A stretch of DNA of 64,000 bases, from assembly GCA_012295275.1 (NCBI GenBank), contig CM022672.1, positions 7,812,001 through 7,876,000 on the forward strand. Direction: 5' to 3'. The translations under genes were made by a program, and so were the position numbers. This document shows, piece by piece, positions 1-13,822 of this stretch; the stretch's first letter is position 1; each line of letters begins with the position of its first letter. Origin of the DNA: Chrysomallon squamiferum. Lineage: Eukaryota > Animalia > Mollusca. Below the pieces are notes generated by a model. That model ran no database searches. It was not told where the DNA came from and saw only the letters and a list, made by a program, of their open reading frames with translations.

Positions 1-2025
1 GGCACTGTGAGTAAATGTGAGACACTGAGCCGGGGTAAACCAGTAGACAGAGCTGTGACATCTGACACCAGTCAACCAGTACCACATGACATGAGTGTCA
101 TGTTATATGATCACAAATCTTCTGTTGTGGAGTTAAAATCTTGTGAGAAGCCAGTGATTCTGTTTGATGATGTAGAAAATGAAGGAGGCGAGAGAAGTGT
201 CACTGATGATAGAACAGAAAACATTAACAAAATCGAGTGTATAACATCCAGGCTTCCTTGTTCTGAAGACAGTAGTGTTAGTAACCAGACTGGTGCCACA
301 TCAAGTAAAGGTTTGCAAAAACGTAAATACAAATTGTATAGTTAATGTTGCTAATTAAATATTGTTTAATGTGAATAAATATTTTGATGCAAATACTTTT
401 ATTAAATTGTAAAAATGTGACAATTTTATGAATGCTTCGTGTCATATGTTTGGATTTTTTAATTCTAAAATAATGCTTTTATTTTTTTTCATTTTATGGT
501 TTGTACATGTGCTTTACCAAATATTTGTTGTTCTGTGGAAGCCTCTTTTTTTGAGTTTAGTGTTCCTGTAAATTAGAAAATGTTTTTTATTTTTTTTTTT
601 TCATAAAACATTTTGATCTTTTGACAGAAATCTAAGTTGATTTTAGTTTAAATGTAACTTTTCAAGATCTAACAAGTGTCACTTTTATTAATTTCTCAAT
701 AAATTTTATATATATTTTTTTATGTATAAAGAGGTGTACAGGTTCTATGGATTAAGGTTTGTCTTTGAAAAAGCTTCTTTTCTTTTTTATCAGAGTGTGA
801 AACAATTTTAATAGACGATGAAGATGAAGCACTCAGTAAAACAGGACCAGAAATCAACCCAGTGTCCAAATTCAAACGCAGAAAAAAAGAACCAAGACAC
901 AGCTTTGAAAAAAGAGCTGTTGGTCAGCTGGTCAGTGAGTATGGTCTTGTGAGTCCACTGGCTGCAGATTTCTGCAGTGCTTGTCCACTGTGCTCTTTAC
1001 TCTTTCAGAACAAAGAATTTTTTATCACCCATGTCGAAAGTCATCGTCAGCAGCTTGGACAGACATGTCTGATCTGTTCCCAAGGAAACCTACAGACAGA
1101 CGGCTATCTGTACCACCTAGCAACTCATCATGGAACATCGCTGATTCAGGCAGCAGCAGAACTTTCTGGTCTGTCTCAAGAAGGACTCGGTTCTCCTGCT
1201 TCTCAGTTTCCTGTGATAAAGTCAGAAGGAGAATTCCGATGTCTGCAGTGCGGGCGTGACTTCCTCACTATTGGTATGTTGGAGAGTCACGCTGAGTCTC
1301 ACCGACTGGAGGAACTGGAGTCTGAGAAAGAAACTGTTCGTGCTGAGTTCGTGGAGTCAAAAGATGTGGTCAGTTATGGGTGTGAGCTGTGTACTGATGT
1401 TTTCACTCAGCCGTCATCACTGGCAGAACATCACAAACAAGAGCATGGACTCCAGCTGAAAGGACAGATGTCAGTGTATGTGAACGACCATACAGACGAC
1501 AGTTCCTCTGAAGATGTGGCAGTGGCAGCTAGCAGCAGGAATCTGGAACTGTTTACCTGTCATCGATGTGGCCGAAGTTTCCGATCATGGCGAAGTCTAA
1601 AGTATCACTACCTGACAACCCACGGACTGCAGTTCACCTGTGAAGTGTGTCGGAATGCATTTTCTAGTCAAAGACATTTACGAGTGCATGAAGAAACACA
1701 CATCTCAACACTGGCTGACCCTGTCTTCAAGTGCAACATCTGTGACAAGACTTTCCCCACTGTGACCCACTGCACTGCCCACAAACGAAGTCACACGAGT
1801 GCCAAACCCCACACCTGTGATTTGTGTGGATCGTGCTTCTTTAAGAGAGGAGATTTGACAAAGCATGTTAGAACGGTTCACTGCCCAAAGAAGCATTTTG
1901 TGTGTAAGATCTGTGGAAGAACTGGAACGAGATCAGATAACATGCGAGTGCATGTCAAGCTGCACCAGAAGTTCATGAGCAGAGACCAGGTGGATCAGCT
2001 GATAGAAGAGGTGTACAACAAGTAA
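1..2025 (+). CDS. C2H2 zinc-finger protein, 5'-partial; coding exons <1-322 and 794-2025
   Basis: Donor C|GTAAAT at 322/323 and acceptor TTTTTATCAG| at 793 join in phase 1 (KGLQK-Q-CETILIDDEDE). The last exon encodes 9 CxxC...HxxxH(H) fingers, including a TSAKPH linker, and a basic KFKRRKK NLS-like stretch. Confidence 0.9.
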
Positions 2026-2141
2026 AATTCTGTTCACACATTGTATGCATAGTTTAAAATTACACTGTCATAATGACTCTGAGTCTTGAAAGATTGTGAT
2101 ATTTCTTGCAAAGTCTCTAATGCTGATATTTTATGAACAGT

Positions 2142-2290
2142 TGAAATTCATATTGAGTAGTAAGTAATATTGATTCTTGAAATACCAATATGGTACTGAA
2201 ATTCATATGGAATATTGAATAATATTGATTCTTGGACTACTGAATGATATTGAAAGTACTAAATATTACTGAATCTTGAAATTCTGAGTA
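2142..2290. repeat. Degenerate ~55-bp duplication in the zinc-finger 3' UTR
   Basis: TGAAATTCATAT...TAATATTGATTCTTG starts at both 2142 and 2197, with further partial copies to ~2290. Confidence 0.6.
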
Positions 2291-3654
2291 ACACTGTACA
2301 AGATTTCTGTGATGGTTTTTTTTATTAAGATCAGTAGATGTAATGTTTATAAAAGTGAAATGTATTCATATGGAGCTGTGTGTGATGTTTCATGGAGCTT
2401 AATAATGTGATGAAATTTAGGAACTCAGTGTTCTTGTTAATGTATGCCAGTATTTATATGGAGTGTTGAGTGCTGTTGACAGTAATGTAGAAATAGTATG
2501 TTGACTCTGAATGGAACATTAATTAATGTAGAAAACTGATTGACAGTCATTTCTGTATGAAGATCAGACTGTTCTAAAATATATCATTCTGTGCAGTTAA
2601 ATTAAGTTGAAGCTTGTGTCGACTGGCCTTGAGTTTAAAGTTGTTGATATTTGTCAAAGATTTATATTACCTTTTTATGTAAAACAAATTCTTCTTCTAT
2701 GTGCTTTGCAATTATAGTATAATCAGCAAAACATAAAAACCACATGTTTGTCTTTCCAGTCAGAAAATGTAACCAGTAACTGTTAACATTTGCTTGACAA
2801 ATCAGTTTTTTAATGTTATTGTTTGTCAAGTTGTTAAATGTTTTATTTTTTAAAAAAGGCATGTTTGTGTTTAAGTAAAGTTAGAATTGTAACTGCTGAG
2901 TTTTGACAAACACTGCTGCTTTGTGATAGAACTTTCCTAGTCGTGTAAGTGATGTTAAATCTGTTTATGGCTTACTGGGTTTATGTCAGTGTCTTTTATG
3001 CACATTTATGATTTTCTTTCTGTATTGGTTAGGATAATGTACATAATAGTGCATAAACTTGATTCTTTATGCAAGACGAATTTGTATTTCTTTTTTTTTT
3101 TATGTCAGCTGTCAACAGTAATCATGTCTATAATTTGAAGTTGTTCCCTGTTGTTTTAGAGAGTTTTGTTGTAAAGAAAAATACCATTGTCTCATATACA
3201 ACAGTGTTTAGTACATCTTGCATATAGGATCAAATAAATATTTTAATTTAAAAAACCAAAAAAAACCAACAACAACAAGAAAAAAAACCCCCAAAATACT
3301 GATATTTGTATATACCAGTGTTGTTAACATTTGTTTAATATTGTCATTGTTTTTGTTTTTTTAATTTAAACATTGATTGGATGGTTTGTTGCAGTCTTAG
3401 TGTGCCTTGTTTGTTGTTGGTATGTTACAAAATAGTTAAGGATATTACTAGTTTTCTTTCATTTTTGATTATTTTATTATTGTTTACTTACTACAATCAT
3501 AACTATTTACTACCTTTTATGTTGTTTATGATACTTTACAGTGTTTTGTACTGTTTTATATAATCAGAGAAGTGTACAATCATACATAGTGTTGATGTAT
3601 GCAATATTTTACTTTCAAGGTACTTTTCTTTTTTATTTATATATTTGATTTTTA

Positions 3655-3780
3655 TACATACGTACATACATACATACATACATACATACATACATACATA
3701 CATACATACATACATACATACATAAATACATACATACATACATACATACATACATCCATACATATATACATACATACATA
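3655..3780. repeat. (TACA)n microsatellite
   Basis: About 30 near-perfect TACA units; these generate the spurious YIHT/MYVC ORFs. Confidence 0.95.
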
Positions 3781-5067
3781 TATATATCTTTTTCTTCTTT
3801 AAATTTACGATTTATCTTTCTTTTTTTTTTTTAAATGTGCCAAACTGATACCTTTTATTCCATAAATTATTTGGATTACTTCTTTTTTTTTTAATTCTTT
3901 GAACAATGTAAAAAAAAAAAAAAAAAAAAAATTTTAAAGCCAAACATTTTACATAGATAATATTAATTAGATGTTTCAGATTCTTTAAATGGAATGTAGA
4001 ATACATTCAGACTAATTGTAATGATTTAGGTATAAAAGCCTGTATTAACCATTAATCCTGATTGTAAAAGCAAATAAATTAATGTGTATTAATAAAGTAA
4101 TGCTATATATATTTGATATTTTAAAAAGGTTACCTTGGTTAACATGGTGACTTTAAGTTCAGGAGAATTGTCAGTGTCTGGTTTTGAGTGCAATATACTT
4201 ATTAATGACATATTTGTAAAATCACCTAATGGTAGGTAATACAAGGATTTGTTAAGGGATATTATTAAATAGCATGCTGTACAGCTAGTCCAATATACTT
4301 TGTTATCTGTGACCTGAAATGAATATCACAATACAATAATAATTTAAAATAATTAGATTTTTGTTTGTAGTCATACGCAAATACTAGTTTACATACATGA
4401 AGAAAGAAAAGGAATTTTAATTTTTTTTATTTTTTTAAATTTGTTAGTTTTTTATAATTTGTTAGTGGTTTCCATTTGTTTCCAGCTGTGTAAGCAGTTA
4501 TCATGAAGCTGTACAATACTATTACTTGATTTAGAAGCTATTGTTGTTTCTAATACTACAGAACTTTATTTCCTCTTCTCACATCTGTTAATTTATTTAT
4601 GTTGAATTGATTGATAGAAGTTGTTAATTCTATGATTTATAAACAAATAATATGTAAAACAATTAACCAAAATAGAAGTACAGTTTCCTGTTGATTTTAA
4701 ATTTAAAGTATTGGTACTTCATATTACACAGGCCTGTAATGAGACTTACATAATTATAGAGATTAAATTTGTGTTTTCTCATAAACTAGAAACAAAAATG
4801 GAGAGAAAAAACAATAATTATTTCATAGGTCACAGTAACAGTTTCTGTATATGAAAATGAACATAATTTAAATATCATACTTTGTTTTCATAACTGTCTG
4901 CAGTTCTTGTTTTTGTAACATGTTTCTGGAGATACATTTCATAATATTATTTTATTATTTTTGATTTTTAGACTTTTAAATGCAGTTGTATGCCAACAAT
5001 TGTAAACTCTTTATATGTAAAACTGCTTAAATTCTGCATAATTTAGCAAAAATGTTGTAAATATATC

Positions 5068-5101
<34 letters not shown>

Positions 5102-5358
5102 TAGTATTTGATATTGGTTACATGTTGTTGCATTTAACTATCATCTTTTTAATTTTGTTTCCTTTTATTGGTATTATTTCCATTATAAAATAGTCCAGGT
5201 GACATTTTTATTTTTGTCAAATTATGGAGGTATTTTCAGATTGATTTTTAATAAACCAAAATGCAGCATTTCTAATAATAAAAATAGTCAGAAATCCATG
5301 TTACTGTTAATAGAAAAATGGCATAAATAGGTTTTATATTTTTTTCTTGAAATGTTAT

Positions 5359-5673
5359 TGGGGTTTCTGCCAGAAATTTTTATGTGAAGTCAGTCAGATA
5401 TTTCCAAAAACTGACCCCATTGTGCATGTGTGTGTGTGTGTGTGTGCGTGTGTGTGCGTGTGTGTGTGTGATTTTAAAGAATCAAAAATGTTTACATAGC
5501 TGTAAGTATAATTAAAGTACTTCATTCACTAGAGAATTTTCTTTCGTGATATTCACTATTTAAATTTTTTTTATAATATTATAAAAATATAATCAGTATT
5601 TATTTTACATACGCGGAATATGTATTTGAATGTTTGAATTATTTTAACATATTATTTGCAGGCAAAAACCCTG
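5359..5673. mobile_element. Decayed MITE-like element with short TIRs
   Basis: GGGTTTCTGCC at 5361-5371 versus GGCAAAAACCC(TG) at 5661-5673 (10/11 inverted match). Contains an internal (TG)n tract. No clear TSD. Confidence 0.4.
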
Positions 5674-7855
5674 AATATATATAGAACTATCAGATTTAGT
5701 TCAGTTGTCACAGCAATTTTATTAGCTTCTGGATAAGCAGCATTGTTATGTTTGTACAGTTTTACTTCTACATCATAATTCTGATGTAACCTGACCTAGA
5801 TCTAATTAAAAGTTGAATTTTTAGATATCCTTTGATATTAGGGAGATTTTTATTTGCCAGTGTATACAGCTTTGGTCACACTTGTATTTTATCAAATATT
5901 TTTCATTCAGTTAACTTGCTAAATTTTATCATAATGTGTTAAGAAAAATAATTTTTCATTTGTTTCTCTGTGTTTGAATGCATAAGAGTTAGATTTTATT
6001 CTTCTTAATTTCATTTTTTAAACAGAAGAGACAGAAGAGGAGTAGAAAGGTATGAAAAAGGTAGAGGTATGGAGAGAAACTGGATAGATTTTACAAATGA
6101 AATCTTTTTATTCATTTATTGAGTTTATCGTATTGATTAAAGTATATTTAGTATTATACTTTCATTACTTATTGGAAGTTATGATCTGGGTCAGTATATT
6201 TCAAATAATTTAAAGATTACTGAAAAATTATGATTGATAGGCAAGTTTTTGCTTGAGGCATAACTTTATTAACAGTTGCCAAATTTTTATATAATTTAAA
6301 TTAGATACCTCATTAGAATTTTACATATTTATTTGTTGAAATTATTATTATTTGCTTAATTAGAAATAACAAAACAAAACAATTTAAAAGCTATATATAT
6401 AAATATATATTCCTTTTTTTTAAATATCTTTTCAAAATATATGCAGTGGTTATTTCATGTCCAATTGTGGGTCACAGTTTAATGTCTTGTCATTTACAAT
6501 GTATATTAGTAATATTGATTTTATAAATATTTTTCATATAGATTGTTGGAACAATGAAATTTTGTATTTATTTATTTTGTATTTTTTTTTTTTTTGAACA
6601 AATTGCCCTTAGCAATTGAATTGTAATCATTAAGCTTCTGCAATGTATACAAATATTAGTCATTATTATTGCTGAAGGCTCATTTTAAAGTCAACTTTTT
6701 TATATTTTTATTTAATTATTTTATGATATTATGAATGTGTTGTTGCTACAGTTTTAAAATTATTTTAAATACCTCCATTTTTCTAACAGTTGTAAATCCT
6801 TAGCAGTTAGGTATATAACTGATTAACTTTAAAATGCTACTAAATTTTTAGTTACATAACTGAAAAGTTACTGAAATGGTAAAATATTAAATAAATTAAC
6901 TATTGTAATAATCCCTGGTTATGCAACTGTGTAAAAATATTACCGATGAAAAGTGGTAATAATCAGTAACAATTAAATCAGTTTGTTAGTCCTCACCAAG
7001 TGTTAGTAGTGGCAGGGGTTAGATTGGGTGAATATGTACATTGTTTTATTTGATTATTGGTCACACGTTTTCCAACAGTTTGTTCACATGTCAGTTTATT
7101 TATAACAAGTAATTGTGAGGTAAAGACACTATTTTATACACTTTAATTTATATGCTTTTTATTATAGGTATTTAGTATTCATTTTAATGATTATTGTATC
7201 TTTCTTTTCTTTTCTTTTTTTGAAGATATAGAATGTGCATGAGTAATATACTTTAATATTTGAGCTTATTGGGAACTGGTGCTATTTTTTGTTCCCTTGC
7301 TTGTGTATTTACTGTTTGAACCTGAATAAGATGTGTAAATAACTGTTTTAATGTTTAAAGAGATGCTGAAATACCAGCTAGTGCCAATTTAATTATTTAT
7401 TAAAAATATATATAAATAATTTTATTATTATTATTATATTATTATTATTATTAATTTTGTTTGTTTTGTGGTGGTTGTTTTTTTGTTTGTTTGGGGTTTT
7501 TTTGGTGGGGGTTTGGGTTTTTTCTAGGGAGGTGAACATAACTAAACATTATTATAAGGCCATTATGAATTAGATACTAGATTTTCATACCTTTAAATAA
7601 AATGTTTTTTTATTTTGTATGCAAGGAAATGAGCATAAGTAGAGACCAATAAAGACCAATATAGTTTTAAAGATAAATATAGTGTTATTGGTATGCTTTT
7701 AAAGTTAAGAATTAATTAATATGGTTGGAAAGGAATCAAAATCTAGTCCATTTATTTTATATTGGCCTAAAACTATTTTTCAAAAGAAATTTTGGAGTGA
7801 ACATGATTTTTATGGTTAAAAAGTAATTCTGTACTTTGATACTTGTAGATCTGTT

Positions 7856-8138
7856 CAGGCTTAGACCCAGGATTTGTTTAGGGTGGGCTTATAGTTATCT
7901 TGGATATAGAACTTTTTTTAAACTTTTTGCAGGTAACATACACTGAAATAAAGTCAAGTAAAAGGCATTTTCAGCCATTTAGCTGACTATACATGTATGT
8001 GTAGCCAGATAGATATTTACACATGACACTTTAAAATAATAGTAGGAAAAATGAAAGAAGAAAGAAACTAATGCAATTTAGTCATTGTGAATGGGGAAAC
8101 CAACTCTCTGGTTACCCCACCACCAGGATCTGTGCCTT
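7856..8138. mobile_element. Highly decayed MITE-like remnant
   Basis: CAGGCTTAGACCCAGG at the left end and CAGGATCTGTGCCTT at the right end, with G-rich and C-rich subterminal tracts. The inverted match is imperfect. Confidence 0.25.
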
Positions 8139-11100
8139 GGATACCATTCTTGATATGAACTAATCTTAGGAGGTTTTAAATAATTTGTCACCCTTTTTAA
8201 AAAAAAAAAATGTTGTATCAGAGACCATTTTTAGAATATTGTCATAAATGTCATCAATAGATCTGAAAATTGTGTATCCTGTTTGTTTTTCAAACGATGT
8301 TAAGCCGTGGAATTTTCAGATGGTAAAAATCATAACAAGCCAGTTATGAAGATGGAGACTGAAAATGTTTAAATGATTATATTTTCATGTCCATTTTTTT
8401 CTGCATTCATTTTCTGTTATATCTGCTCTGAAAAATAAATGCTAGTTATAAGCTATTACAATACTGTTGTTTTTTGTTTTCACTTGAATTAATCTGAATA
8501 GTAAAAAAAATAAATATGTTTAATACAGTGTGAAATAAACAAATCTGATGGTTATATATAACACACATTATACACCACATACACATACACATACACATAC
8601 AGCAATCAGACCATTTTGCAACAAATAATTTGTTGTTGAATTCTAACTACTGTTGACATTATTTTCTCCCTTTATTTGTGATTTACTAAGAAAAGTTGAA
8701 AAGGAGAAGCATGTATATATGCAATTTTTCTATGTATGTTTGTACTTGCATGAAAATGTATGTGCCTAAGTGGATCAGTATTTCTCATGTGACATCTAAT
8801 TTGAATCTGCATATTACAATAATCTGGTTACATAAAACAATTATTTAGAATGAGCCTTCAGTAAATCATACATTCTGAGAAAGAGCAAAAATAGTTTTAC
8901 TTTTTTATTTCAGTAGTAATAGTAGCAGTGGTAGTAGTGCAGTAGTATTAATAGTAATAGTGCTGTAGTGCTGTAGTAGTAGTAGTAGTAGTAGTATGCA
9001 GAGTAGAAAGAAGAAATATTTTATTTAATGATATACTATGGTGAAATAATCATGAGTAACAACAACAAATATATACATATAATCAATTGTATTTAATCAT
9101 AAAATGTCATTTAAAAAGATTAAGAAATGAGGTAAATTATAAAAATACATTTTGATGGGATAAATAACATTTTTTGTACATGCACAGATGCACAGAAATT
9201 GAACAGTGGCATCTACTGTTAACAGAAAAGTGCAAAACCAAAAAGTAAATGAAAATCACTTGTTGCAACACAGTATATATATATATCATCAGTACAATAA
9301 ATAATTTTAATTAAATATTTTAAAGATTTTGCTAAGTTTAATTTATTTATCACTATTATTTTTATCAGCAAATATAAAAACAGTATAACAATCAAGTTTT
9401 GCATGTCAAACAATATTCTCCTTTAAATATATTCTTACTATCATTAATATTATTATTGTTATTAGTTTGTGTTGTTTTTGTTTTGTTTTTTTATGTAGGG
9501 GTACTTTTTATCACCTTAATTATTAATATTATTAAAAATTATTATCACTGACTACTGTAACCAGAATTGACAAGGTGGTGGTGGTGGGGAATTTAAAATT
9601 TTTACATGCAGATTTTTATTATTTCACACCCACTGCACCTTTCATGTGTTTATCATTCATAAGTTTATATGCATATTGTCACTGAAATAAAATGATACAC
9701 AGATAAAATTATAGTTTTTGGTCATGTGTTTAGTGATACATGTCTTTGGTTAACAACATAAAATAACTGCCAACCAGTTTATCTAAATTTGAATTATACT
9801 ATTTTTGAATTGCTACTGGTATTAAACATTTTTTCTGAATATTTTACTTGTGAAATGATGTTTAAAAAATAATTTAAAAAAATAATTAAAACATACAAAC
9901 AAAAAACCATCAGTACTTTTCTTTGTAAACAAATAAATAAATACACTTTGGATGGGATGGGATTCATCACAAATTATTATTCATAAACTGATGATGATTG
10001 TTTGACTATATATATTCTAAATTAGATAACAGCTTGTTGTTTGTTCAGTATGTTTAGTTTGTATGTATTACATTTTAGGAACTTAACAGAACATTTCAAA
10101 AAGCAACAGTTGTCAGGTTTTTATTGTTGTTTTGTGGGGATTTTTGGTTGTTTTTATATATATATATATAATTGCTTTAATATTAACTTTAAATAGCATT
10201 CTTGTATAAATGGTGAAGAAGAAGAAAACAAATTACTGAGATTGTGCCCATATCCAAAAACTGTTCACACATAGATAGAATTATTCACAGGTATGTTATT
10301 TGTTAAAGTTTTTCTTCTATAGCAAGAAATCACAAATATTTTCAATCATTATTTCTGAGTGTTTTGAACACATAATAAATAATTTTGCCAAACTTGTCAC
10401 AACTAATAAAAATAAAACATTTATATGAAACATATTTTGTACAAATCTAGAAATCAGAATAGCACCAATTCCACAAAACATTCAGAATCTTTACAAATTG
10501 CACTTTTTATAACATGGCAGTTTGTTTCCTGAAGACGCCGTTATTCCTTGTACTAGCTGAAAGACTTTATAAACACATCACAGTCAAAAACAAATGTCCT
10601 GGATGGACAGTAATTACTTTGTACGTTCTGTGGCAATGGATAATTTTCCTTGAAAAGCACACACACATGTATCACTGAGTTACATTCCTCTACAGGCACA
10701 AGAAATGTAGAACTTTCCACATAAGGCACATGAAGTGTGACATTACCGGGAATAAAATGTAATTTTGGTCACATGAACAATATTTTGTTTTATTCAAATG
10801 TGTCAGTAAGTAAGAACATTCTTGACTGTTTTAGGCACAGACAGTAAAATAGAGTTGTTTATTCCCCATAAACAGAAATGCAGAAATAAAACTAATATGC
10901 CATCTGTTGTTACTGTCCAGAGAAGACACCTGTTGAAAGACCAGATTCCTTTTCTCCAACATTTATCACACATTTACCAAGAACGACTGTTTGTTGGTTT
11001 TTTCAACTTGAAATACACAAGAAACAAATAAAAATTATACAATCACAGACATTTGTTCACAAGGCAACCTGGCCTTTATATTACACCATGGAACACTGTA

Positions 11101-11228
11101 CTGTACTAAGACTAGCTCACATTAGTGAAAATTTAGAATGGACTTGCACATAATCACAATATTGATCACACAGATCACACACTTTAGTTCACAACCCACT
11201 CTCCTCCTCTGACACATTTGTGATGTTT

Positions 11229-13822
11229 CTACTGCATCATAGTGACGGGTCCTGAACTGAGAATAGCTCCAGTTAATGAAAATGCAGAATGTACATCCTG
11301 ACTATAGTCAAAGTACTGAGTCTGTGCACTGCTGTACAAAATGCTTGGAGGTGGAGCTGCGGGTGGCATCGATGTTGGAAGTGATGCCACTGTTTGTTGT
11401 TTATTCTGACTAGCATCATCTCTCTGTCGAGCCCTGTAAAGAAGTAATACATTATTTTGTTATTTTGTTCAGTTTTTCATCTTATTCCAAAAGTTTGGTT
11501 TTAATCAATCACAACACATGCTGAGAGAAATTAATGTATTTTGTTCAAGATTAATATGACTTAATTTTTTTTTTTTTAAGGAAAAAGTAAAAATATTCCT
11601 TTAAAAATAAAATGAATAAAAGTGAACCAATGCATGATGAAGAAAGAGTAAAGAAATATTAAAAATTATTTTTGAAAATGAACAGCTTTAACAGCATTGT
11701 GATCAAATAAAGCAATCAGACTTGTGTTGTGTTTTCAGCTGAATACACACTCAAAATACTGTAATATAAACATTCATTTTGCACATCTTTGTTTATGTTC
11801 TCTTTACACTTTTTACGCTCTTTGTATATTTTTATTTTTAGCCATTTAGTAGAATTTTAAAATAGATTTTGTTAAAGAATTTTCATGTATAAAATATATT
11901 TTGACGTATGTTTCATAGGCATTTGTACCAAACAACAATTAGTTATTTATTATTTACCTAAGCATCATCTGCAAACATGGTATAAGCTCTTCAAAGTAGT
12001 AATCTGTAAGCAACATCATGTGCTTTGGCCATGTTGGTGTCAGGTTGAGACAGATGCGTGACGCAGCTACACAGGCAGCAGATATCAATGAAGGATGATA
12101 TCCCCGGAATGTGTGGTCTGAAACAAACATTGCTGTTAAATACTTAAATATATAATAATTAATTTCTTGTACAGTCACTGACACATCTGTACAGAAACCC
12201 TAATATAATTTAAATTAATAAATAAATAAATAAAATTAAAACACACACACACACACACAAACACACAGATAACTTGATATTAATTCAGAATGTTATACTA
12301 TTAGTACATGAAAAACCGATTTTGATATTACATTAAATTAGTGTATCAACTTTCCTACTGTTATTCAGTAGCATTCTGGAGGGAGTGGGAATAATGAGCT
12401 TAGTTATTATTTGAAATCCAAAATTATGTCAATCAAGTCACAATTTTACATACCTTGTAGAGATATTTCAAGAAAATAATGAGAATGTTTTTCAATGTAT
12501 GATGTCACATGAGACTTTGAGGTGATGGGGACACCATTGTGCAAGTCACCATCATCAGCAGCGATTGTGAGAAAATATGGTAAAAAGTTAGCAGAGGTGG
12601 GCACAGCCAGGTGCCAGTTGTGATGTTTGAGCAGGGTCAGCTCCATGGCGAGAAACTGCTGCAGGGTGTAGCCTTGTAGAGCAGCACTGATACTCTTTGG
12701 TAGAAGAGCATTTAACGTGGATGGCCTGGGAACCTTGTCTGTGTGTTCTTCAAATTTGGCTGAAAGACAGAGAAACAAATAAATATACAACTTTTGTTAG
12801 TCAAAACAATAATAATTTTAATTAGTGTTCTTGTATATATATTTTTAATTTATGAAATATATTAATACTGAACTGGTTTAGATGCTGAAGAAAAATTCTG
12901 ACAGATTTACCTGAATCTGTTTGAAATAATATATAAATAAATAAAATAAGTCTCTTTTCTTCTTTTTTTTTATTAAACATTTTTAAGATTATATTAATAT
13001 TAATGTTTTTATAATTTGTTGATAACATTAACATTGCAAACTTTACTCTCTGTATTAACATTTAATTTCTGAGGAGAGTTAATTAGTAAATTTACCTGTG
13101 AGAAGTAACTATTATTACTAAACTGTAGCTAGGGTGAAAAGTACAGACAGATTAAATATATATCGTATACTTCCGGTTATTGTTTTAATATATCCACACT
13201 GCCAAGTTTTACTAACAATACAAATATGAAGTCATTTAATTATTCAAAACAGTAAATTAGTAAGGAAGAAAACAAAGAAAAAGACTGATAATTATGGATA
13301 CTGTGCAAAGATTTACTCAAAGGGTAAATGTTAATAGGAAGTTATGAATCATTAGTTATATGCCACATATATCAAAATATCTGGGATTTTTATATTTCTC
13401 TATATGAACTGATCATTCTAAAAGACAGAGAAAATGTTAATTGTTGTTTACTGTCATACTTTGTCATTAGCAAAAGACAGTTATTTGGGAAATAATAAAC
13501 CAATGGAAGTAAATACAATTAGACTTTATGTGTGAGAATTGTCACCTGCAACTCGGAGACATGTCATTGCCAGCAGGTACAGATGGTGATGCTCCACCTC
13601 CATGCAGTCCATGAAGTAGTCCAGCAGGTAGACTGCCAGATGCTGTGTGATTGTCGACAAACTGAGCTGTTCAACAATCAGTGACATCCAGTCAACGAGA
13701 TGACGTCTTGTCCACAGCTTTGAACACTGACACCTGAAAGGCTGAATCTCCTGCTCCATCTGTTTCAGTGTTGCATAAATATCAGCCCCTATCAGATTCT
13801 TCCACCATTCAATTTCCATCAT
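11229..13822 (-). CDS. CCNJ: Cyclin J; coding exons 13546-13822, 12454-12759, 11958-12117, 11229-11433 (315 aa)
   Basis: N-terminal WW..L.ADI, HLAVYLLDYFMD, AKFEE, MELTLLKHHNWHLAVPT, YFLEISLQDHTF and PSLISAACVAASR match the cyclin J family. All introns are GT-AG with consistent phases (1,1,2). Stop TAG at 11229-11231. Confidence 0.93.

Noticed and set aside
3536-3802. Repetitive ORFs MYVC/YIHT
   Set aside because: Translations of the (TACA)n microsatellite.
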